Shown piece after piece: positions 1 through 8,505 of a stretch of 17,976 nucleotides of DNA (its first letter is position 1; the number at the start of each line of letters is the position of its first letter). A program made the position numbers and the translations under genes. The stretch is from Macrostomum lignano (lineage: Eukaryota). The stretch is from positions 1-17,976 of the forward strand of contig NIVC01004083.1 of the NCBI GenBank assembly GCA_002269645.1. Reading direction: 5' to 3'. The notes under the pieces were generated by a model that ran no database searches, had not been told where the DNA came from, and was given only the letters and a program-made list of their open reading frames with translations.

Positions 1-64
1 CTACTTAAAGTAAAAACGGAAGTGCGAAAGAAACCGAGTAAAAGCAGCCGCCGGAAGTACCTAC

Positions 65-339
65 CTGGTCATCAGCTCGGGCAGCCCGATCACTCGCAGC
101 AGCAGCACAGTCTCAGGGTTGGCTCCCACTTTTAGCTGGCTCAGACGAACCTCGGCGAGGGCGACGCTCTCGCCTCGGCTGTCAGAGTAGCGCCACCAGC
201 GTAGGGGCCGAGATCCTTGACCCGGCGCTGGCGAAGCCTTCCATCATGGATTTATAGACGCGAGGCTTCAAAACGGCCCGCGACTGTCGATGATGTCCTG
301 GATGCTACTCAGCATGCGAGGCAGCTGGGTGACTTTCTC
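65..339 (-). CDS. TTC5: TTC5 internal exon (start of C-terminal OB-fold region); about 4 apparent 1-nt deletions; gene continues off the left edge
   Basis: Acceptor ttatcctgcAG|GAG at 340/339 and donor CAG|GTAGGT at 65/64. Piecing frames gives EKVTQLPRMLSSIQDIIDSRG../KPRVYKSMMEG../KDLGPYAGG./YSDSRGESVALAEVRLSQLKVGANPETVLLLRVIG../DDQ. This parallels human TTC5 ..LLESKGKVK..LGP..GHY..LKPLSTLQPGVN..VILGKV. Read literally, there is an in-frame TGA at 270-268. Confidence 0.85.
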
Positions 340-497
340 CTGCAGGATAAGAGCCAGTTTTTATCAAATAGCACCAGCCTCATCACTACACAGCATCATA
401 CCGACTTACAGATCTTCTGAGATCTTCAGAATCTATAGCCTCATCAAAGGCATTCTTTTCTTATTCCATAATCTTTGAATTAAAGACTAATTAATTA

Positions 498-755
498 GGG
501 TGTAGCCTTGTGGTTACAGTGCGAATTAAGACTGAAAGGTCAGGGGTTCGAATCCCGACCCACTGCCGACACTTAAACACGGCATTGCTTCAGTTCACCC
601 AGTTGTAAAATGGGTGCCAGCATTAGCTGTGCGGGTAATTGAGGGTGTGTGTGACGACCCCCCCGTCCTTGGATGCGCCGCGCAATAGCTGCGGCTGAGC
701 TGCGGTTTGCACATCTGGCCGAGTAGGGCAGGTGCAATCAATTACTTCCACTTCC
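498..755 (+). mobile_element. tRNA-derived SINE in a TTC5 intron (antisense to the gene)
   Basis: Pol III A box TAGCCTTGTGG (503-513) and B box GGTTCGAATCC (545-555). The body includes TTCACCCAGTTGTAAAATGGGTGCC, resembling a central box common in invertebrate SINEs. Short (ACTTCC)2 tail; possible AATTA target duplication at 493-497 and 756-760 (weak). Confidence 0.8.
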
Positions 756-814
756 AATTATTTCCGAAATGTTTTTTATTCCCAGCATCTCAACACTGCC
801 GCATCCGAGATTAC

Positions 815-1063
815 CTGAGCCTGCGGCCAACTAGGGTCAAGCCTGTGGGCCATCCGAAATCCGCTGAGCGCCTGCTCGTACTGATCCAGGTAGACGTGCG
901 CCATGGCAGAGTTGTAGTGCAGATCCGGGTCGCTGCTGGCCACCGGGTCCTTCATAGCGTTGCTGTAGGCGGACATGGCCAAGCGCATGGAGGTGCTGGA
1001 CTGGTCCTTGGTGAAGTAGCAGCTCAGGTAGGCGTTGCCAAGCACCGCCCAGCTGCGCCCGTC
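815..1063 (-). CDS. TTC5: TTC5 internal exon (TPR repeats)
   Basis: gccgcAG|GAC acceptor and CAG|GTAATC donor; 249 nt, phase 0/0. Encodes DGRSWAVLGNAYLSCYF...DPDLHYNSA...LDPSWPQAQ, matching human DGRSWYILGNSYLSLYF...NPDLHLNRA...LDPAWPE. Confidence 0.95.
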
Positions 1064-1742
1064 CTGCGGCATTGCAAGTAGATTTATTAAATGAGAATTT
1101 AATCAAATCTATAGATGCAGAATATACTACTATCAAAGGCACGATACGTAGACAAACCCCTTGCTGTTTCAGAGGTAACTCATTTCAGGGAAATTGTTTC
1201 GAGTGAGTGAGACAGAGGGCTGTTATATAATTCACCTGTTATCCGGTTCTTATTCTTACCAACCTACAGATTTACCTTTTTTTACCTACAAGGGGAGCCG
1301 TATAGCCAATGATGAGCCAGCGGCCAGGCTCGATTCCAAGTGCAGTGGCATTCATTTGGGGCTAAATAATTAGCGCCCTCGAGGTCCAACCCCCAAAGCA
1401 CAAGTGAAGTGTACATGCCTAACGATAAATAAAGTCAGGGCCCCTGTACACTCCTGTGTAAATGTGAGCCTGTGCGTACGACTGCCAAGGATAACGAAGA
1501 TAGAAGGCTTTCATTTTCAGCACAAAAAATGGTTATTGCTTTTTAAAGGTGGCAGACCCAGAGTTCATCTTTCGATGTCTTGCCTTTCTGAAAAGCCTGC
1601 CTCTTAAAGTTTTCCGAGAAACGTATTTTCCCGTCCTAAGTAGTCCTTGATCCCCACGCTATGTGTGCCTCTCGCCGGTTGTGGTGACAATGTGACAGGG
1701 TGCACACAGCCCAGACAGGAGTTACAGAATCTCGCGCCTCAC

Positions 1743-2270
1743 CTTAATATCCATCTGCAGGGCCTCCTTAGCCTTGGCCAGACTCTCCTCAACCTTAGCC
1801 AGCCGATCTGCCGCACTGGCAAACGGCAGAGCTCGCAGCACCATGGACAGATTGCGCAGCACAGCGCTATCCCTGCCGTGCTGCAATGCGCTGTTGAAGC
1901 AGTTATAAGCGGACTGATAGTCCCGCCGTTTCCAGTAGGTTTCGCCGAGCAAGCGCCAGGCCTCCGGCTGGTCCGGCTTCAGTTTCGCGGCCGTAGTCAA
2001 ATTGTCCAAGGCTCGCTGGTCGAATTCCTCCAAGCAGTGGTAGAGTTTGCCCATAGACAGGGCGTGGGCGCAGCGACTGTCCGGGCCGCTGATTGAGGCG
2101 CCGACATCGGCGTATCGGGAGGCGATCTGCTCAACCCGAGCCTCAACTGCCGCTGAACGACCGCCCCGTTGCTGCTGCTCCTGTTGCTGGGCAAAGTATT
2201 CGTCTTTGAATCGCACCAGAGCCTCCACTTCCTGTTGGAAGGCGGCCAAACGATCGGAGCTCGATTCGGC
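1743..2270 (-). CDS. TTC5: TTC5 large N-terminal exon (TPR repeats)
   Basis: catttcAG|GCC acceptor (2271/2270) and AAG|GTGAGG donor (1743/1742); 528 nt, open. Encodes AESSSDRL..LVRFKDEYF..AAKLKPDQPEAWRLLGETYWKRRD..LRNLSMVLRAL..AKEALQMDIK, matching human ..[45 protein letters not shown]. Confidence 0.95.
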
Positions 2271-2318
2271 CTGAAATGCGTCACAAGTATAATGAATAAT
2301 TATTCAAATTTCACCGAC

Positions 2319-2321
2319 CAT
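2319..2321 (-). CDS. TTC5: Probable ATG-only first coding exon of TTC5 (48-nt intron 2318-2271)
   Basis: Minus strand reads gtgataATG|GTCGGT...48 nt AT-rich...tttcAG|GCC. Phase 0, A at -3, and it supplies the only residue missing by homology. Confidence 0.55.
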
Positions 2322-2340
2322 TATCACTTTTTTCGTGGCA

Positions 2341-3457
2341 CTCTGATACCTGCGGCGCTTAAATCTCTGATACCTGTAGCGCTTAAATCTGACATCTGCG
2401 TCGCTTAAATCTCTGATACCTGTGGCGCTTAAATCTCTGATACCTGTAGCGCTTAAATCTCTGATACCTGTGGCGCTTAAATAAATACCTGTAGCGCTTA
2501 AAATACCTGATACCTGTAGCGCTTAGCGCTTAAATCTCTGATATCTGTGGCGCTTAAATATCTTAAATCTCTGATACCTGTAGCGCTTAAATCTGATACC
2601 TGTAGCGCTTAAATCTCTGACCTGTGGCGCTTAAATCTGACATCTGGCGCTTAAATCTCTGATACCTGTAGCGCTTAAATCTGATATATCTCTGATAGCG
2701 CTTAAATCTCTGATACCTGTGGCGCTTAAAATTAATACCTGTAGCGCTTAAATCTCTGATACCTGTGGCGCTTAAATATCTAATACCTGTAGCGCTTAAA
2801 TCTGACATCTGCGGCGCTTAAATCTCTGATACCTGTAGCGCTTAAATCTCTGACATCTGCGGCGCTTAAATCTCTGATACCTGTAGCGCTTAAATCTCTG
2901 ACACCTGTGGCGCTTAAATCTCTGATACCTGTAGCGCTTAAATCTCTGACATCTGCGGCGCTTAAATCTCTAATACCTGTGTAGCGCTTAAATTTAATAC
3001 CTGTAGCGCTTAAATCTCTGATACCTGTGGCGCTTAAATATCTAATACCTGTAGCGCTTAAATCTGACATCTGCGGCGCTTAAATCTCTGATACCTGTAG
3101 CGCTTAAATCTCTGACATCTGCGGCGCTTAAATCTCTGATACCTGTAGCGCTTAAATCTCTGACACCTGTGGCGCTTAAATCTCTGATACCTGTAGCGCT
3201 TAAATCTGACATCTGCGGCGCTTAAATCTCTGATACCTGTAGCGCTTAAATCTCTGACATCTGCGGCGCTTAAATCTCTGATACCTGTAGCGCTTAAATC
3301 TCTGAATCTCTGTGGCGCTTAAATCTCTGACACCTGTGGCTGATACCTGTAGCGCTTAAATCTCTGACATCTGCGGCGCTTAAATCTCTGATACCTGTAG
3401 CGCTTAAATCTCTGACATCTGCGGCGCTTAAATCTCTGAAACCTCTGGTGCTTAAAT
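2341..3457. repeat. 24-bp minisatellite, about 46 copies, with dimeric and about 262-bp higher-order structure
   Basis: Units GATACCTGTAGCGCTTAAATCTCT alternate with GACATCTGCGGCG.., GATACCTGTGGCG.. or GACACCTGTGGCG.. variants. Block 2728-2989 is repeated at 2990-3251. Confidence 0.97.
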
Positions 3458-3733
3458 TTTTCACACTTCACTCTATTCACTAAGTACTAAATTATTACGT
3501 TATAGTAGATTTGATATGCATTAAAAATAAGCCAGACAAAATTTATCTTCTAAATAAACAATAAGGCACCACTGTCATTAGTTATATTGAAAATAAAAAT
3601 ACATTTTGTTAAAAAACTTTAAAGTTAACGGCAGAGTTTGGTTGGCGCAAGAATCTAAAATATACGAGACTCTTACTTTCATTAAATATTCTCGTAATAA
3701 GTCATTAATCAGGAAGCTGATGGACTTTGTTAT

Positions 3734-3739
3734 TTTATT
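3734..3739 (-). terminator. Candidate poly(A) signal for the QPGQPPY gene
   Basis: First canonical AATAAA I find on the minus strand downstream of the stop at 4779. It lies in the unique AT-rich spacer between the two arrays. Confidence 0.35.
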
Positions 3740-4001
3740 TTAACTTCATCAGATATACACTATCTTACGAGCACACATTTTTAAAGTATCTAGCTTCACA
3801 TCTAATCGTAGTAGGCTCAGTATAATCTCATCTGTTGGATTCAATTGATTTCTAAGCTTCATTACAATTCAAAAAATCAGCTTCAAGGATCTAAGCCAAT
3901 TGTAGGCTACAAATGTCAAAATATAAGCTACAATTGGATTGTAGAAATCAATAGGTGTAATATAGACAAATTCCAGAAACATCAAGCGATCAGCAACTAT
4001 G

Positions 4002-4740
4002 AAGGCCAATTCTGTAGGCTGATCTAAGCTACAAATTCAAAGGATATCAACTGTAGGCTGATCTAAGCTACAAATCAAGGTCAATGTAGGCTGATCTAAG
4101 TCAAGGTCATTATGTAGGCTGATCTAAGCTACAAATCAAGGTCAATTGTAGGTTGATCTAAGCTACAATTCAAGGTCAATTGTAGGCTGATCTAAGCTAC
4201 AAATCAAGGTCAACTGTAGGTTGATATAAGCTACAAATCAAGGTCAACTGTAGGCTGATATAAGCTACAAATCAAAGTCAACTGTAGGTTGATATAAGCT
4301 ACAAATCAAGGTCAACTGTAGGTTGATATAAGCTACAAATCAAGGTCAACTGTAAGCTGATCTAAGCTACAAATCAAGGTCATTTGATCAAGGTCAAGGT
4401 CATTATGTAGGCTGATCTAAGCTACAAATCAAGGTCAACTGTAGGGTTATCTAAGCTACAAATCAAGGTCAATTGTAGGCTGATCTAAGCTACAAATCAA
4501 GGTCAACTGTAGGTTGATCCAAGCTACAAATTAAGGTTGATTGTAGGCTGATCTAAGCTACAATTCAAGGTCAATTGTAGGCTGATCTAAGCTACAAATC
4601 AAGGTCAACTGTAGGTTGATATAAGCTACAAATCAAGGTCAACTGTAAGCTGATCTAAGCTAAAAATCAAGGTCAACTGTAGGATGATCTAAGCTACAAA
4701 TCAAGGTCAATTGTAGGCTGATCTAAGCTACAAATCAAGG
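4002..4740. repeat. 34-bp minisatellite, about 21-22 copies, each with an internal inverted repeat; degenerate copies extend to about 3790
   Basis: Consensus AAGGTCAACTGTAGGCTGATCTAAGCTACAAATC; TGTAG...CTACA arms enclose GCTGATCTAAG. No unique spacers. Confidence 0.97.
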
Positions 4741-4778
4741 TGTCTCTTGACAGGAAGAGCTGTCTCTTCCCATTTCTG

Positions 4779-5650
4779 TCAAAGATTGACATCGCCTTGC
4801 ATCATCTGGGCCAAGGCGTCTAAAGCGGCCTCTTTGCCTGTATTGTTGCCCGAGCCTGTAGAAGCTGGCTGGGCGGCAGACTGCGGCGTTGGCAGCGGCG
4901 GCGAAGGAGGCGGCGGCGGCGCGGAAGGTTCAACAGACGAGGCTTTCGATGCCGCTGGCTGTGCATGATCCGCGAGCCTTTTATTGTGACTACTGGCTGA
5001 GAACTGGCTTTGTTGATATGGTGACTGCGACGATTGTCCCGGCTGGTATGGCTGGGATGCTGGCTGGTAAGGCTGGGAACCCGGTGAATAAGATTGCAGT
5101 CCTGGCTGGTAGGGCTGTGACACTGACTGACAAGGCGGTTGGCCTGGCTGGTGAGGTGGTTGGCCCGACTGGTAAGGTGGCTGGCCTGACTGGTGAGGTG
5201 GCTGTCCTGGCTGGTAGGGTGGCTGGTGAGGTGGCTGTCCTGGCTGGTAAGGTGGCTGGCCTGGCTGGTAGGGTGGCTGGCCTGGCTGGTAAGGTGGTTG
5301 GCCTGGCTGGTAGGGTGGCTGGCCTGGCTGGTAAGGTGGCTGGCCTGGCTGGTAAGGTGGCTGGCCTGGCTGGTAAGGTGGCTGGCCTGGCTGGTAGGGT
5401 GCCTGGCCTGGCTGGTAAGGTGGCTGGCCTGGCTGGTAAGGTGGCTGTCCTGGCTGACACAAAGGCATTGGCATCTGGTCAGGCATATTGCCAGCAGCAA
5501 AACTTGGCAAAGGCGGTGCATATAAGCCATATGGTGGTGGCTGTTGAGACTGAGATGGATGAGCCATAGGGTAGCTAGGTGCTTGGCTTGGCATACCATA
5601 TGAATGTGGATAATTTGAATGGCCCTGACCATACATGCTCTTCACAGTGG
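4779..5650 (-). CDS. Terminal exon of an unidentified gene; Pro/Gln/Tyr-rich low-complexity domain followed by a polyproline tract and a short helical C-terminus
   Basis: Strong acceptor gatttttttcAG|CC at 5651/5650 (phase 1). Open 872 nt to TGA at 4781-4779, within ORF 4779-5708. An internal ATG (MYGQGHSNYP) lies just inside the exon. Confidence 0.75.
5130..5456 (-). repeat. Coding 21-bp tandem repeat encoding about 15 QPGQPPY heptads
   Basis: Unit CAGCCAGGCCAGCCACCTTAC, with one 12-nt partial unit; all units keep the frame. Confidence 0.95.
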
Positions 5651-7563
5651 CTGAAAAAAAATCATTCAAAAAGCAGACATACATAATATAAATTTGGGCA
5701 TAAGTCATTAAATTGACTATGATAAACCTCAGATATCTTTGGTATATAAATGAAAGCCTAATATGTGCAAGAGGTATGTGAGAGGTATATTTTCAAAACA
5801 AAGCAAAATATATACTACATAAAGTTTTAATTCTTAATTAATAATATATTTAAAAAGATGTATATTTATTGTCATTCTAAAGAGTAAATATATCATCTCT
5901 CTTAAGACATAATATACTTTAGGGTGCCATCAGTTCAATACTCTCAGGCATAGGCTAATAGCCCGTTTATAAAGGCTAACCTACCCTAACCTGCCATCCT
6001 ACCAACCAATTATAGCCAAATGCCCCACTTTTGCCTTTGCCACTGGTAATTCCTTATTTCAATTAACTTCTCCCAGGTAGAAGCATCTATTGATCTATTT
6101 ATTTAAAAAAACTTTATATTCTATAAGATTTACTAGATGCTAATAAACAATCAATTGATATGTTCATTAGAAAATACCCTGGACTTATAGTAAGTCCTAA
6201 AATGTCAAATGTTTTCTATATTTTTTTATTGAAAAAAACTTTAAATTGATTAAATTCAGTTTAATTATTCTAATTTGCATAGATTTCATAAATCACAAGA
6301 TCTTGACAAGAAAAATTTGAGATAAGATCTTCATATTTTTTACCAAGAAATCCAAAATTTCTTTTTAAAAATTGAAACAAGATTAGATAATTTTTTATAC
6401 TTTTATTAAAAAAATAGGGGGACAAAAAATAAAAATATAGGTTAATTTAAATTTTCTAAATGATTTTGTTATGCTCAGTAAGGTAATTATGAAAGCATAA
6501 ATATGCAACTGCTGGCCAACCTAGCCAATTTGGCCATTATTAATTGTAATAGACTAGGGGTAAGTCACAAAAATGCCCACCTTAAAGAATATGGACATAG
6601 TATGTCTTAATTAGATAATAAGGCCTTTAGCCTTTATAAGATAGTTAGTCATTACTCTTGCCATTTACCCAAGATTGCATTATTTTTGCTTTAAGGTTTC
6701 TTTCACAGGTAAGTTGCATTTTTGGTTAAAAAGTAACTTGCATGGCTAGGGGAGGCCTAGTGTAAATCAGGGGGTTGCGCATATATGAAAGGGTTAAGTT
6801 CTAACAAATGTTGAGCAATTTGTCATTTTTGTTTATGGTTGTTAACACCCCCCTATCCCCTAAGAGTTGCCTCTTTCTCTCAGTCTCCAAATTTATCTAC
6901 CTATCAATAGACCTTAATGCCTCTATTGAAGTTTAGGTATATAAAATTATTCCCCATGAAAATTTTTCCCATCCTAAAACCCCCTATTCCCCATGCCCTG
7001 ATAGTTGGCTTTAGGCTACAAAAAATGATTCATGAAGCTCAAATTTGAAATTAGGCTAGCACCGCCAAAAACCCCTATAGAGACAAAATTATGATCTTGT
7101 CAAAACTGCAACTATTTTAGCTACCTAAAGTTTAAGATGTCCAAAAGTTTAGTATTGTTGCACTTAAAAAACATAGGCCCAGCCATAAAGCCTAAAGGCA
7201 TATATGGAAGGTAGTTTTATTCTTTACTTGTATGCAAAAAACAAACTTTCTTTGCCATTTTAAAATCTGTATGTTTCTAAAAAATATTTTGTTTTAATAA
7301 TTGTATTTCTCAAAATAAATTTTTGCAATTTATTTTTTGTTTTAAATGAACTGAAATTGTAGTATAAATAGACACGAATTTGTGGTAAGAAGAAGCATGC
7401 TTTCTTATTCAAGCTTCGAATCAGCCTTCAACCTTAATGGTTAGTTGAGAAATCTCTTGAGAGTTCTGATGAAATATTTTAAGAAGTGTTTTTCCATGTT
7501 GATTCATTTTCTAAGTGAAGTGAAGTAGAAGGAAGTGCATACAGTATATACTACTGAGAAGTA

Positions 7564-7857
7564 CAGTGGCAGCACAGTATCTCTGGTTGGGGGGGGGGGC
7601 AGTAGTTAGGTGGTCACCCCTTCTTTAGATGGGCACCCCCTTCTAAGAAAGTAAAAATTAAAAATAAATTATGACACACTTCTTACAAAATGAATGTACA
7701 ACACTAAATTTTTTATAAAAATGCCAGGGGTGACCATCTGCTTTTTTCCTAGGGTCTCTTTAAGGGCTATGGGGATAGTGGGGTAGTTACCCTCCCCTTG
7801 AGATAATGACCTGTTGTCACCCAAGGGCAGCTGCCCTCCCCCCCTAAACTGCCACTG
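7564..7857. mobile_element. hAT-type MITE, 294 bp
   Basis: TIRs CAGTGGCAG (7564-7572) and CTGCCACTG (7849-7857), subterminal G/C runs, perfect 8-bp TSD GAGAAGTA (7556-7563, 7858-7865). Confidence 0.9.
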
Positions 7858-8334
7858 GAGAAGTAGAACAATAGAAGGAAAAGAAATACAAAGTAGATCT
7901 TAGAACATATAAGGGCCATGACGGCGTGACCCACTAATCATGGTAACACTCAGGACTGGAAAGAACATATATGCAGTACATATACTAGTAGACCATAATC
8001 CATATACTGCTCAGGCCAGGATAACAGAAGAAGTTAAGAAGGCTACCAAAATAACAGCAGAACATTACCTATGAGAGTTTAATTAATACTTAGATCTATA
8101 CTAAGAATAATTATTATACAAATAACTTAGACCTATGCTTAGATAAAATTCTCAGACAAATAGTTAGATATATACACAGACTGATTCTAAGAAATTTTCT
8201 TAGACTTGTTCTAGGATAATAAATTTATAATAGTGTGGTAGTTGACACTACCACTTTGATTGGTTAATTTGAATCTTTTTTCAATAACATTCTATGGACA
8301 TTCTAATTTACTGTGCTCCAATATATGGTCCTAC

Positions 8335-8505
8335 ATGCTTGGGTGCAACCTTGGGATTCACCCAGCCATCTCTATTGGCAACACACACATGTAAATCGCT
8401 ATTGGACAGAATAGTAGTCACGTGACTGCTCTTAGCCAATAGCAACTTACATGTATGTGTTGCCAATAGAAACGGCCGGGTGAATCCCAAGGTTGCGCAT
8501 GTTTG
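8335..8505. mobile_element. Palindromic (foldback) MITE
   Basis: Arms 8343-8421 and 8422-8498 are reverse complements with 7 mismatches in the outer 63 bp, centred on GTCACGTGAC. Flanked by direct repeat TGGTCCTAC (8326-8334, 8506-8514), a candidate 9-bp (Mutator-like) or 8-bp (hAT-like) TSD. Confidence 0.8.

Noticed and set aside
498-570. Functional tRNA gene
   Set aside because: The acceptor and anticodon stems do not pair properly, there is no T-run terminator, and it continues into a SINE-like body.
707-2408. Plus-strand ORFs overlapping TTC5 exons (707-1081, 1647-2096, 2047-2274, 2169-2408)
   Set aside because: Antisense shadows of GC-rich TTC5 coding sequence.
2587-3070. ORFs MSDLSATGIR... 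in the 24-bp array
   Set aside because: Artefacts of a stop-free 24-bp unit; indels switch frames and there are no supporting splice signals.
4002-4740. CRISPR array (34-bp palindromic repeats)
   Set aside because: Units are head-to-tail with no unique spacers, there are no cas-like ORFs, and the context is eukaryotic and intron-containing.
4747-5632. Alternative-frame and antisense ORFs over the PQ exon (4820-5632, 4889-5569, 4990-5460, 5193-5525)
   Set aside because: Shadows of the 21-bp coding repeat; the 4779-5650 frame has the acceptor and the most protein-like sequence.
5645-6045. hAT element bounded by CAGTGGC (5645) and GCCACTG (6039)
   Set aside because: The flanking 8-mers (GCTCTTCA versus GTAATTCC) do not match, and the left motif is part of the exon and acceptor.
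6280-7140. Fragments resembling old DNA-transposon interiors and a decayed G/C-run MITE (about 6750-6875)
   Set aside because: No TIR pair or TSD could be established.
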